A stretch of 64,000 nt of DNA from the human T2T-CHM13v2.0 reference genome, Homo sapiens. Both the position numbers and the translations under genes were made by a program. Every line of letters begins with the position of its first letter. Position 1 is the first letter of the stretch. The notes beneath the pieces are model-generated. The model had not been told where the DNA came from. It ran no database searches and saw only the letters and a list, made by a program, of their open reading frames with translations. Positions 46,699 to 63,106 of the stretch are shown one piece after another. The stretch lies in NCBI RefSeq assembly GCF_009914755.1, contig NC_060938.1; one strand, written 5' to 3'.

Positions 46699-46996
46699 TC
46701 AGAAGTCACTACCCAAGGAACTCCTGTTGCAGAAACTGGTAGACAGCTCTAGGAAGTAGACCCGTTAAGCAGTTTCCAGAAATACTGGCTAACCTACCTT
46801 TCTGGGCTGCATTGGCAGTGGCTAATTTCTGCAAATATAATAGAATACTGTTCCCCTTAGCATAGTTTAGCTTACTTCCTAATTGGTTTTATATCCAAAA
46901 GGCTTTAGGACTTTTGGTTTAGCTCATAGGAGAGTTCATGGACGTATCCCTTGGAGTCCACAATAAATTTTTTTCCACATTGAAAGTAGAATATCT

Positions 46997-47340
<344 letters not shown>

Positions 47341-48789
47341 TTATTTGAGAAACACTAGATTAACTAGTTGACATGGCTGAGGTAGTATAACCATATAATG
47401 TTATCAGCAGTAGAGATCAGCATAATGCTATATTGCTTAAAAACTACTTTCACATAGATCTCTTTCTTAGCTTGCTTCTTCACACATTGGCTCAGGTGGC
47501 TTCTCTCTCCTACCTCTCTCTACATTCATTGAGTCATTACTTGAATTTAAGTCTTCAATAAATAGTGCACACTTGTTGAAAAGAGCTCTGGATGTATGTG
47601 CACATGACAAACAACTGATTTTCCCACAGAATTGCCTCTCAAGTCATCCAAATTCAGATGCCCAGGATTGTTCCCTTTTTGCTCTCCCCTGTGCCCCAAA
47701 GACTAGAGAATAGAAAGATGCACAGAACCTGCTCTAATACTATCCTCCTTCCATCCAGTCTATCAGCACATGATTCCCTATTATTCAAGGATTGCTTGAG
47801 AGCTGCACTTTGAAGATAAGTTCTGGTTGTAAACATTCTGATATTCCAACAACGAGGTGGTCCAGTGAGAAAATCAACCAAGATGGCTTGGCTAGGAGCA
47901 GCCCTTGGAGGTGTTGATAGAAAACATATGCAAGTATCTTACTTTATTCATAAATTGCACCTTTGACTAGTTTTAATGAACCACTATTGGTCACATTTGC
48001 CAATTCTAGGGTAGTTGTTACAAAACATATGGTGAAAAATCTGGGCTGTGACGCGGAAAGGTGACCCCTTGGACGCTCACATGGGCAGGTGGTCTTGTCT
48101 GGTTTGAGCTCAGTTCAGGACTGAATCTTGAGTTCCTGAAAAACAACTCAGCCAGTACCTTGTGACCCATACTTCACAGTCAGACGTTATATATAGGAAC
48201 ATTGTGCAAACTATGGCTAGGCTACGTGACATTTTAATGGTAAGCACTACAGCGTCAGCAAACAGCTAAGGGTCATAGTTATAAGCTGACTAGAAAAACT
48301 TCAGATACTGGCTACCTAATCATTCATAGCTACCAGGCTATTGGTTTCATTAGACATTCTTTCACTCTCAATGAAGGCCCTACAGTTCACAATGTTAAAT
48401 GTGGTTTTCCTCAGTGAAGTTCCCATGTAATGTAGCCTAGTCATCCAGAGACTTCCCAGAAGCTTGTCAGAAATTAAATGCGGGAGGCACATCTCTTGTT
48501 GTCTCCTGTTAGTGCCAGATAACCCCTTTCTGGGGTCACCTAGGGTCTTTCAGTTCTTTTGTGCCCTGAAGTCAGTCTTTGATGTTTGTGGCCTTTGCTC
48601 AAAGCCACTGTCTGAGTGAACCCAAGTGTTCCAGATGACACTATAGAAGAACAGGCTCACATAATAAGGCTGTTTCCCATCACCACCTCTGCTACCAATC
48701 AACTCAAGCGCTGAATCTCCCCCTGCCATTCCTTTCTCCACTGCTGCAGATTTCCTGGGCTCTGAGAAAAGGAGGAGGATGCAGACTCT

Positions 48790-48853
48790 GCTCTTCAGAT
48801 CTACACATTGAACCCCACTATAACCAGTGACCTGAACTCAGAGTCTGAGTAGG
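48790..48853 (+). other. Probable non-coding exon 1 of the EDDM3 pseudogene (start approximate)
   Basis: ...CTCAGAGTCTGAGTAGG|GTAAGA donor, conserved in the paralog at 63107. Confidence 0.55.
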
Positions 48854-48913
48854 GTAAGAACTGCTTTGCTGAGGACCCTCGGGGGATGACTAGGAGCACT
48901 GGCAGGAGGCTGA

Positions 48914-49548
<635 letters not shown>

Positions 49549-50393
49549 TGAGCTTTTAGATAGCAAAGAATGGAGAAGGATCCAAATCATGGAAAACTAA
49601 GGCCTGAATTCCAGTCAGCCTCATTCCCACTGATACAAGCTTTTCCCTGCCCCTCCCTTCCTTCACCCCCAGTCACCTCAACCACAATGCATTAAAGCTG
49701 CTTGCATCCTACTCTCCTAACATGTGTAGGTCTTTATCACCAGGACAGGGTTCCACAGATAGGAAGCGCCGACCCTTTGTTCTGTGTCTGAGGTGAGCAT
49801 TTGACATTGTTAGAAGTGCTCTCGCATACATGCATCTCATTAGACTCTCACAGGTCTGTAGGGAGCTGTTATTAGGCCCTACATCGGTGAGGACACCGAT
49901 ACTCAGAGCTGTGAATCAGGTTAGAGGTTCAGTAGGGCCAGGAACACTCCTCATGGCAAATGAGGACAGAGAGCTTGTTTAAAGAGGTAACTTTTTCAAA
50001 CAACCATACATCCTAGGCTGTGACCACAGTAGCTCCGGTGGGGACTTTTTTAGTCTTTATGCCTAATTGAGTACAGCTATATTTCTAAACTGGTGTCCTT
50101 TTACGATGGCATCGTCAATAAGCAGCTCTGACAAATGAAGATCACTTGTAATAGTGATAATTAGGGGAATGGCCCCTGAGAAGGAATACGGGTAGTTAGT
50201 AGTAACCATATGTTCCACCCAGGCTTTGGGAGAAGTGTTATAAGGAAGTCAAGATATTGGAGAAGCATCATTTTGCAGAGTCAGTGTAATTGTAGCCTGG
50301 GCTGTGATTTCAGAGAATCAAAGCCTTCCTGCCTAAGAACCACCTGCCTAGTAGTCACTCATCTTCTACACTCGTCTAAAATGTGACAGCCCT

Positions 50394-51262
50394 GCTCTTT
50401 TTGCCTGCTGTCATCCACATAAGATGTAACTTTCTCCTCTTTGCCATCTGCCATGATTGTGAGACCTCCCCAGCCAGATGGAACCAAAGTGGAGTCTCTG
50501 GAACCGCCCAGCAGCAGCCTCATTACTCAGAAGATGCTGACGAAGACCCAGACAGGAAGAAAGGAAGCAAAAGCATCCTGACTGGTACATTAGCAAAGGC
50601 ACATCCCTGGAGAGCAAGGAGAGGGGGAGGGCAGGCAACAGTGCCCATGGCATGCATCTGCAGCTTGTGAGCAATGCATGAAAACAGGAATCAAAAAACA
50701 GCATTGCCTCCAGCATCCATGTGTTTATGGCTCTCATGGGGGGCATGATAGAGGAGGATGGATCAGCACTAGCTCTGCAGGCTGCCTAACCTGGAAGTCA
50801 GTCTCTGCCTTTAGATCTACTCACTTCTTTTGGGAACGGAAATATCCACGTATCCCTTGTCCTACAACCTCAATTAATGTCTTTGCAACAGCCATCTGTT
50901 AAATTCAAGAAGGCCCTGGAACAACTTAATTGGAAAAGTTTCCCTCTTATCCCTTGAAAAACCATAGAAAAGTAATGTCACACGAATGTTGAACTTCTGA
51001 TTTCTACAATTTCAGATACCAGAGTTTATCTGTTACCATGACAACTAAGAGCTTTATAAATGTTTTCTAGGCTCTGCTTGCTATTTTCTGGAACTTATCT
51101 ACATTTCAGTATTTGCTTAATAATTTTGAGCTGACACTAGCAACATAATTGTGTCTGGATTGTGTATTTGTTGTGTGTTGGCGGGGGTGGGTATAATTGA
51201 TGTCTTTGTTTTTCAATATGAGCAATTTTTAATAAACTTTAATATTTAATGTGCAAAAAAAA
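50394..51262 (+). pseudogene. Processed retrocopy of an unidentified THE1-LTR-initiated transcript
   Basis: TSD aaaatgtgacagccct / aaaagttacagccct; AATAAA 51231-51236 then A8 18 nt later; first ~92 nt are THE1 LTR; empty site at 63969-64000. Confidence 0.8.
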
Positions 51263-51689
51263 GTTACAGCCCTTTCCACTTCGCAGACAAAAAGCTTAAA
51301 ATGCCATTTTCTATTGCATGCGTGACTTCCTGAGAGTTGATCTGATGAAAAGAAGCCAGCTGGAGGGTGATTGGGTGATTCTACCCAGTGCAGGTTGGGT
51401 GGATGACAGAGTAGACAGGAGATGTTTGAAATTCTCAAAATGAACTTCATCTATTTTTTTCCAACTTTGTGTTTGGCTCACATAAGATGAAGCATACTTT
51501 TAGTTCTTAGAAACTTTATTCTCTTATGAGAATTATCTTCTAATCAGGGAACCAAATAGTAAAATTGTGCTGAGTGCTTGCATTGGCAGGAAACAGAACT
51601 TTAAGATAAAGGTCAGCTCTCTGGACATTGTCTACATGATGCTTTTCTTTCTTTTCCCTGTGGACACGCAGGTGTCCCTGGTGACTGAA

Positions 51690-52126
51690 ATGGCATCCTC
51701 TCTGAAGATCTGGGGCAGTCCCTTGGCCCTGCTTTGCATTCTTTGCAGGCTACTTGTACACAGCAAGGACGTTTCCTGGAGAGAATTCATGACCCTGCAC
51801 TATTTAGATCCAAGCCAAGATTTTGAAGAGTACAAATGTGATGTCCTCACGAGAGAAAAAGAAGCTCTGAAACGCAAGAGCTCTCATATGTCCATCTATA
51901 GCTTATGGCACAAAATGGAGTGTATATGCATTATTGAAATGGGAATAACCGATATAGATATGCCTATGTATGGGCCCAGGGTGCCCTCAAAGTACTCGAG
52001 TGTCAGTGGCAGAAGTACTGCAATAGCTACACAGAGATCTTCAACTACATTGAATTCCACTGTGGCAAGGATGGGTATGTTGATAGCATAGGAGACCTGA
52101 GGATGGTGGAGCCTATCAGTAACTAG
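51690..52126 (+). pseudogene. EDDM3DP: EDDM3 (epididymal secretory protein E3, RNase A-like) pseudogene with one 1-bp frameshift at ~51937-51939
   Basis: MASSLKIWGSPLALLCILCRL...WREFMTLHYL...YKCDVL; shifted frame continues NRYRYAYVWAQGALKVLECQW...YIEFHCGKDGYVDSIGDLRMVEPISN*; acceptor cgcag|51672. Symbol is from memory. Confidence 0.88.
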
Positions 52127-53218
52127 AAGGTCCATGCACATCCTCAGGGATTGGTATTCAGTGCTTCCCGAGTGGTGGCCCCTGCCTCCATCAATAGCCC
52201 CTGACACTCCCCACTTGCACTTATGCATCCGTGTTTTCCAAAACTTAGAATTATGAAACGCATGATTTCTTGATACCATAACCTCGCCTGTGTTGTTTCT
52301 CTGCCTGGAATACACTTTTGTCTTCATTTACCTAATTTACTCCTACATGTTTGTCAAGATTCAGCTCGTAATGCATCTGATCTTTACTAACCAAGATTTT
52401 TCCTGATATTCACTCTAAACCTACCCAAGGTGGATGATCTTCCTTTCCCTAAATAAATCGTATTATGCCAAAATGTGTGACATTCTACATATGATGTGTG
52501 TAAAGTAAGTATCATGTAATTGGTATGGGTGTGTGAGATCTAGGATATGTTTGCCTGTGACTTATGCTGTGCAAGGTCACATTTTATGTGACTGTGTCTG
52601 TGCATGGGATATGTTTGTGTATATCATGAGGATGTAAATGATTATAGGCTAAGCTGGAGACAAACTGTGATGTAGACACTGATTGTGTTGACAATTTGAT
52701 ATAATCAAAAAGGTCATAATCCAGTTTTAATGATTTTATTAAAGTGAAAAGATGGGAATGGCCACTCTGTGACACACAAACTCCAGAGAAAGTTAAGTTT
52801 TTGCTAATGTAGGAAAAAGACAAAGAAATTCAAAAGGATTACAATATTTTCTATGCCAGGCTGGTTCAAGAGTTACAACAAATTAATTAGTTACAGATTT
52901 GTGCCCAACCTCATGACTTGTTTTCATTTATTCATAGCTGTGCTTCATTTCTGTTCCAATTTTAAAAGAGTGTATTTAACATTCCATCTCAAGACGATGT
53001 GATAGCAATGAAGTCTTTACATCAAAAACAGAAGAGGGGAGTTCATCCATAATGAAGATCAGCAGTGGAGTGGAATGAGTCTTCCCTGGCCCACTTCAGT
53101 CATTTTACATTTCACACAACAATGCAGGTAAGAAAGTGTCTTAATCTCTAATCAGAGAAACCAAGGTACACCTGCCTTGGTTACAGCTGCCTAGTATGTG
53201 ACTCAGGCCCCATCATCA

Positions 53219-54474
<1,256 letters not shown>

Positions 54475-54479
54475 AAAAC

Positions 54480-54525
54480 TGGTAGAGGTGCCGGAGAGTG
54501 AACTGGGGACCTCGTACATGCCAAG
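54480..54525 (-). pseudogene. 3'-half tRNA-Ala fragment ending in CCA
   Basis: Minus strand CTTGGCATGTACGAGGTCCCCAGTTCACTCTCCGGCACCTCTACCA; 37/43 match to the tRNA-Ala(AGC) 3' part as I recall it, plus CCA. Confidence 0.7.
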
Positions 54526-55302
54526 GATTTCTAATACAAAACTACAGTAGGCTGTCATCTGTATGTAAGCTATACACACGCGGGATGAGAAAGAACACCT
54601 CCTCTATCAACCATACACTCACAGATATCTCCACTAGACTCAGTTCCTTAAGAAGGTTTCTAAGAAGTTCAATGCATGTTTGCCGGGCTAAGGTGTTACC
54701 TTTCCTAAGGATGACACATCAAGTAGAAGATATTAGCACAAATGATTTTATCTGATAATAATCATGTTCGCTTGGCAGAAACATAGGGAGAAGGTTGGAG
54801 GACTTTAAAATACAATGGTCCTCAACAATGGACTTAAGACCTAAATTTTGTTCATGGAATGAATGAGAAAGGAAATAGGAGAAAGACACGTTGGGTTCAC
54901 AGGCAAGTAGGAACTATGTGAAATTCTGTTTGCTAACTGTAGGAGAGAGATACAAAGTAAGAAATGCTTGCTTCATATAATTTTGTCCAGGTCCGGTATG
55001 GGGTGGAAAAGTGCTAAACATTAAAGTAACTTGTGTTCTTCAGCGTCCTGCAATGTTGAATGGCTCTGGCCTTGAAACAATTAGAGAAAAGACCAAAGTA
55101 TCAACATTATTTATGAGGTGACTGCGCACTTTTTTAGAACTCTGGTCTCAATGAGGAGTCAGTGTATCTACATTGGTCATCATGTTCCAAATGCAGTTCC
55201 TCAACTTTGCAATTTTTGAGTGCACCTGGGGAGGAACAGACACCTGGGGATGACAATCTCTACTAACCAAAGTCAGAAGAGATTAGTATCAAACCAGTAG
55301 CA

Positions 55303-55641
<339 letters not shown>

Positions 55642-56835
55642 TCAATTTACATATGGGGAAAAATACTAATTATTTTTCTCATTTGATAAATACTCTTCAA
55701 AATATAGTGTAAGGGAGGAAAAAATTTTCCTTCTACCCTTTTAGGATCTTAGCTGGGGCCCCTATAAGAAAAGTCAGATTAACGGAAGAAAAACAAACAG
55801 AATGTGGTAACATGTGTATCTCATGTATACATGGGAGAAACTCAGAGAGTATCTCACAGAGGTGGCTAGAGTGCCATCTTCAGCTATTTAGATGGCTAAA
55901 TGCCATCTTCAGCTAATGCAAAGGAAAATGCATGTGGGGAGCAAGTCATAGGGAGATGACCAGGAAAAGTATAGTAAATGAGGGAAAGTTTGGTCATACA
56001 GATTTAAGTCAGTATCTTCTCCACTGAGAAGGGTCTCTTGTGATTTAGAGTCACCTTTCTCTATCTGGCACAGAGAAGGAGACATCCATAAGAATGGAGG
56101 TTTCCCTTATGAATGCACGTTACCCTTACAAAAGGCCAATGCATACTCTATTTTCAGAGCTTGTCTTGTGTATACTGTTTCTCAAAATAAGCAGTCCAAA
56201 ATAATCTTTACGTTACAGAGCATACCTTGTGGCGGCATATTCTGATCTCCTATAGTAGATTCTCACAAATTTCTCATGTAAGTAGCTCTTTAAAAGTTGC
56301 TTTTACTAAAGGGTAAGCAGATGGTAATTCAAAACAGTATAGGAGGAAAGTGCATTTAAGGGCAATTAGTATATTAGGTTTGTATATCAGTGGAATGTGA
56401 AGCTGATACAGAAATGAATGAATATGCAGCTACCCAAATCAGGGATAAATATCAGAGCTTTATAAGCTCTAGCTTTCCTGATATCCATCCCTTATTTGGA
56501 TAGCTGCACATTAATTTCCTTAGGGACCTGTCTTCCTCTTTTGTGGACCTTATAGGTGAGGCTGTCCACTAAGGCTTGCAGTCCCTTCTGCTAAGCCAAG
56601 CAATTGTCATGAGATCCAAGCTAGGCTAACTGAACCTTCTTTTGTAGGACATAAATATATGGCACCCTAAAATATGCCCCAGATACAAAGTCCTGTCAAT
56701 TAGTATTTGTGTTGCTCTGCATCCTCACCAGCTTTGGTGATGTCAGTTTGTATTGCATTTCAGCCATTCTAATAGATGTGTAGTATTATCACATCCATTG
56801 TGTTAATTTGCAGTTCTCTAATGATAATAATACAC

Positions 56836-59450
56836 TGAAAGGATTAACAGCTCATCAAAGCAGGAAAAATTATAGTTACACATTAATCATTGCATGCTGG
56901 TCCACTTGGAGCAGCTTCCCTGCAGCTGCTAACTAACCAAGAGTCACATAGCATGCTGACCACCTGCTCCCCCATTGTTCCTATAGGTAGAAACTCACAA
57001 ACAAGAATCGTGGGTCTTTTTTGCTCAAGAATTGCTTCAGGCATTTCAGATTCTGAACTCTAGTGGAAAGACTGACACCAACCAGTCTGAAGACCCCCAC
57101 CATGCAACTGTCTCAGAAGAATGCACCTTTGGCATCTCCCTGTCCCAAGACTGCACTCCTCACTTCTCAAGAATCAAAAATCCCTACACTTCAGCCGCTG
57201 TCCAGACCCCTCACAAACCCTACCCTAAACCTCTTGGAGAGGTGGATTTGACTTTTCCTCCCATCTCCTTGTCTGACTGTCATAAAAATATTACACTATT
57301 TCTCTGCTGCTATCACCATTATCTCAGTATGTTGACTTGCTGGGCATAAGGCAAGGAATCTATTATGGTTAAAGTTTAGTGGAGAGCTAGCCTGGAGGGT
57401 CCTCATGGGCATTTGTCCATGGTTCGATACTCTCTTGCTGCTGTAGCAAACCTGGAGATTCACCAAAGTATCTGGAGTTTTTGCCAGCATGGCACTGCCA
57501 ACTTTCAGCTCAGGCTCACTTGCAGGGGAGAAGGGGTTTCCAGAATGGGAAAACATCTCTGGTAAGTGTTCCAACATCCTCTTTTCCTTCTCCTGATCTG
57601 CTGGCCTTCTTAGAGGTCCTGTCACCTCTTTGGAGGTCCTGTTGTCCCTCCTTCACAAAGGGCCCTGCTCAAGGACATTTTTACCAATTGGAAGGAGCAC
57701 ATAGGGACGTACAGTGGAACTATTCCTGGGCTCTTTGGGTTTCAGTTCTGAAATCTGTTTTTTTGTTTTGTTTTGTTTGTTTGCTTGTTTGCTTGTTTTT
57801 AAACAGAATCTCGCTCTGTCACTGAGGCTGGAATGCAGTGGTGCAATCTCGGCTCACTGCTGTTGGCTCTCCCTCCTTCACCTGGTGAAGGAGCTATGGC
57901 CAGGCCACCGGCACTTGACCAGGAGGCCAGGAATGACAAGATGCAGGAATGGCCTCCTCTTCTCACACCTGTCAGAGGACCTAATTTGGCCAGGGAACCA
58001 CTTTAGCTCCAGCAGGACGATTTTCCCTTCAATAATTACCTACAGGAGGTGTTGACGCTGACACAGGGCAACCCATGGGGCTTATTTGGGTACACTCTCC
58101 ATTCTCTATTTCTTATTTATAAAATTTGAAAAACAGTATTGCTACCTATTGAGAGGATCCAAAGCCAATGGAAAATTTGTTCTCTTCTATATTATTTTCT
58201 TCTATATCCTATATCCCATAATCCTACCTGGACCAATGTTCAAACCTGAACTCTGAAAGGGCATGCCCAAGCAGATGAGCCTTAAGAAAGTTCAGGAAGT
58301 AAGGCATAAGCCCAATGAAAGCCCTTCAAGTTTTCTGGACTGCATTTGGAAGTGTTCAAGGAATACACTGATATTGGTCCGAAGGCCTCAGAAAATTTAA
58401 AGAGGATAAACATGACATTTATTAGCCAGAGTGTCCCTGACATCCAGTGAAATTTGCAACAAGTTGAAGGGGCACTGGACATATCTTTGTCTCAAATGGT
58501 AGAAACAAGGGTGTTCACCGGCAGAGACCTGGTCTGAACCAAAGAGAACTATAAAACATGTAGCAGCAAGCCACCTTGCTAGCAGCTGCTTAAGGAACCC
58601 TCGGACCATGGCACGGACCCACCATAGGAGCCCCACATAAGTTAGGACCCCCTGGGACCCAGGCTCCCTATAAGTAGAAACACTCTACTTACTGAACTCC
58701 ATGTGCCAACTACAGACAGGAAGGCCATTGGAAAAAAGACTGACCAAACCACAAAGGGGCCAATAATGGGAAAATCAATTTCCAATTCACCAAATGCCTG
58801 AAATATCTCAGGGATCTGGGGCTAAGAACTTCTGTAATAAGGATCAAAAATGATGGGGCCCGAGGGCAGCCTCTGACCCAGCTAGTACCCTCCATATTTC
58901 CCATGTGGAGCCCTGGGTCATTATGATGCTGAGAAATCAACTTTTAGCCTTTCTAGTAGATACCAGTGCCACCTACTCAGTAGTAAACACACACTTGTTC
59001 AAATTGTCTTCTGAAACTATGAAAGTGAAGGCAGTTTTAGAGGAGACCCTAAAAGAACCATTCCTGCAACCCCTAGATTTCCAACTGTGACAGACTTGCC
59101 TAAAGCGTCACTTCTTACATATGCCTGAATACCTTATCGATTTCTTGGGACATCATCTCTTGACTGAACTGAATGCAAATATTACCTTTTCCCCAGGATG
59201 GGTGAATATTACAGTGTCCCCAGATCAAGCCCGTACCTTGCAAGCTGCATTGTTGCAGCAACTGGCTCAGAATTTCTCTCTCATCCCTGAAGAATTCCTA
59301 CAAGAGGTGGGTACTGATTCCCATCCTGGGCAGATGGGAAACCAGATAGTGCTAAGTCTGCAGTCCCAGGACCAGTCAAAGTATATGAGGGAACCACACT
59401 GCTGAGTCTTAAACAATACCACCTGAGAGAAGAGGTATGAGGAAGTATTC
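56836..59450 (+). mobile_element. Truncated class-I ERV: 5' LTR (~56836-57373), Arg-type PBS, gag and pro remnants
   Basis: TGGAGAGCTAGCCTGGAG (57380-57397) vs Arg PBS TGGCGAGCCAGCCAGGAG; protease AFLVDTSATYSVV; no 3' LTR seen. Confidence 0.7.
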
Positions 59451-59689
59451 AGTTTTTGTTGTCTGATTTCCTCCAGTCTTTGTACTCAACAGACCTTGCT
59501 GGTCCTCGCGTAAGAAATCTTATCTGGACTTCTCTTAACTGACTAAAGCAGAGCATTGTGAAAATACAGCCACCATTATCTCTCTCCAAGGGAATCCTCG
59601 TGTAACCACGATAGGTGTGTGGCCTGATGCCTACATTCATCTTCTCATCTGTGTCTCAAGGAGTATGGGGTTAGGGTTTTGGGTTTTTT

Positions 59690-60672
59690 TTTAGTTTTTG
59701 TTATGTTTGTTTTGTTTTGTTTTTGAGAGACAGGGTCTCACTCAGTCACCCAGGCTGGTGCTATCATAGCTCAGTCCAGCCTTAAACTTCTAAGCTCAAG
59801 CAATCTTCCTGCCTCCGTTTCCCAAGTAGCTGAGGTTACAGGCACGTGCTACCACTACTGGCCTTAAAAATTTTTCTTTTTTTTTTTTGGTAGAGTCAGG
59901 TTATCATTATGTTGACCAGGCTGGTTTTCAACTCCTGGCCTCAAGTGATCCTCCCACCTCAGCCTCCTAAGTAGCTGGGACTACAGGCATGTGCCACCAC
60001 ACCCAACTAATTGTTTTAATTTTCTGTAGAGATAGGGTTTCTCCCTGTGTTGCCCAGGCTGGTCTCAAACTCGTGAGCTCAAGTGATCCTCCCACTTTGA
60101 CCTTCTCAAGTGTTGGGATTACAGGTGTGAGCCACTATGCCCAGCCCCTACATTTCAATATGGGTGAGTGAAAATAGAGATGTAATTTTCTGCACTGCAC
60201 TACTGCATTGATCCTATGAATTCCATCCATGGAGCCCTTGGAAGTCCGTGGATCACAGATTAAGACACCTATAGACGTTGTCATCCCCTGAATGAGGAAC
60301 CTAAGTCACTTTTATGGTTTTGTGAAACAGTAGTTCACAAACATTTAAGAATTGAATAGTGGCTAACAAAAGAAATATTGGCTTGGTGCGGTGGCTCACG
60401 CTTTTAATCCCAGCACTTTGAGAGGCCAAGGCGGGTGGATCACCTGAGGTCAGGAGTTTGAGATCAGTCTGGCCAACATGGCAAAACCCTGTTTCTACTA
60501 AAAATACAAAAATTACCCGGATGTGTTGGTGCGCACCTGTACTCCCAGCTACGCAGAAGGCTGAGGCAAGAGAATCACTTGAACCCAGGAGGCAGAGGTT
60601 CCAGTGAGCTGAGATCATGCCTGGACGACAAGAGTGAAACTCCATTCCAAAAATAATAATAATAATAATAAA
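59690..60672. mobile_element. Alu cluster (old reverse Alu pieces 59690-60145; forward Alu 60380-60672)
   Basis: Alu bodies and tails. Confidence 0.85.
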
Positions 60673-62050
60673 AGGACATATCAAGGAATTAACAGAAAAT
60701 AATTAAAATCAAAGACAATAAAGGATGAACATAATTTTCAAGTGATTTAAAATTTATATTTAAAGGGGAATACCTCCTTAAAAACCGAAATCAAAAGTCA
60801 CTGCCCAAGGAGCTTCTGTTACACAAGCTGGTAGACAACCCTAGGAAGTAGACCCATTACGTAGTTTCCAGAAATACTGGTTGGGTTACCTTCCTGGGCT
60901 GCATTCATAGTGGCTAATTTCTGTAAATATAACAATATGCTTTTCCCCAGTTTAGTTTAGATGGCCTCCTAATTGGGTTTATATCCAAAAAGCTTTAGGA
61001 CTTTGGGCTTAGCTCATAGGAGAGTTCATGGATGTATGCTTGGAGTCCATGATTTTTTTTCCATATTAAAAGTGGAATATCAAGTATTTGAGAAACACTG
61101 GCTCATACATTGGCTCAGGTGGCTTCTCTCTCCCACCTCTCTACATTCATTGAGTCACTACTTGAATTTGTCTTCAATAGACAATGCACATTTGTTGGAA
61201 AGAGCTCTGGATGTGTGGGCACATGACAAAAAACTGATTTTCCCTCAGAATCGCCTCTCAAATCATCCAAATTCAGAGGCCCAGAATTGTTCCTGTTTTG
61301 CTCTCCCCTGTCCCCCAAAGACCTAGAGAGTAGAAGGATGCACAGAACCTGCTCTAAGACTATCTCCCGTCCATCCAGTCTATCAGCACATGATTTTCTA
61401 TTACTCAAGGACTGCTTCACAGGAGTGGGGGTTTGAAGATAAGTTCTGGATATAAACTGAACCTTCTGTCATTCCAACAATAAGGTGGCCCAGTGAGAAA
61501 ATCAACTAAGGTGATTTGGCTAGGAGCAGCCTTTGGAAGTGTTGTTAGAAAAGATTTGCAAGAGTCTTACTTTATTCATAAATCGTAACTTTGACTAGTG
61601 TTGATGAACCAGTATTGGTCACATTTGCCAATTTGTGGGGAGTTGGCATGGAAAATATGGTGGAAAATTCCGGCTGTGATGTTAAAGGTAACCATTGAAC
61701 ACTTGCACAAACTCAGTTGAAGAAGTTGTGGTCTTGTCAGTTTGAGCTGAGTTCAGGACTGAATCTTGAGGTCCTGAAAAACAACTTAGCCAGCACCTTG
61801 TGACCTATACTTCACAGTCAGATGTTACGTATAGTAGCATTGTAGAAACTATGGCCAGGCTATGTGACATTTTAATAGTAAGCAGTACAGTGTCACCAAA
61901 CAGCTAAAGGTTATAATTAAAAAACTGAGTAGAGAAATTTCAGATACTGGCTACCTAATCATTCATAGCTATTTGGCCACTGTGTTCACTAGATATTCTT
62001 TCACCTCTCAATGAAGGTCTCACAATTCACAACATTAAAAGTGATTTTCT

Positions 62051-62653
<603 letters not shown>

Positions 62654-63044
62654 GGTGGCTTTCCTCAGTGAAGTTCCCATGTAACATAGCATAACCCTCC
62701 AGGGACTTCCCCAGAAGTTTGTTAGAATTGAGAGCAGAGCTAAGTCTCTGGTTGTCTCCTGATAGCACCAGATAACCCTTTTCTGGGGTCACCTAGGGTC
62801 TTGCAATCATTTTGTGCCCAGGGCTCAGCCTTTGATGTTTGTAGCCTTTGCTCGAGGCTACTGTTTGAGTGAGCCCAAGTGTTCCAGATGAAACGATACA
62901 GGGACAAGTTCACATAATAAGGCTGTTCCCCATCACCACCTCGGCTACCAATCAGCTGGAGCCCTGCAGCTCCCCCTGCTATTCCTTTCTCCACTGCTGT
63001 AGATTTCCAGGGCTCTGAGAAAAGGAGGAGGACGCAGACTCTGC

Positions 63045-63106
63045 TCTTCAGATCCACATGCTGATCCCCACTACAATCAGTGACCTGAACTCAGAGTCCG
63101 AGTAGG
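63045..63106 (+). other. EDDM3A: Probable non-coding exon 1 of the next EDDM3 gene (coding exon lies beyond the window)
   Basis: ...CTCAGAGTCCGAGTAGG|GTAAGA donor at 63107; paralog of 48853; identity rests on recalled gene order. Confidence 0.6.

Noticed and set aside
55707-56254. Probable additional solo LTR, plus LTR/L1/MIR fragments around 52580-53600 and 56690-56830
   Set aside because: Too degenerate to assign family or boundaries by eye
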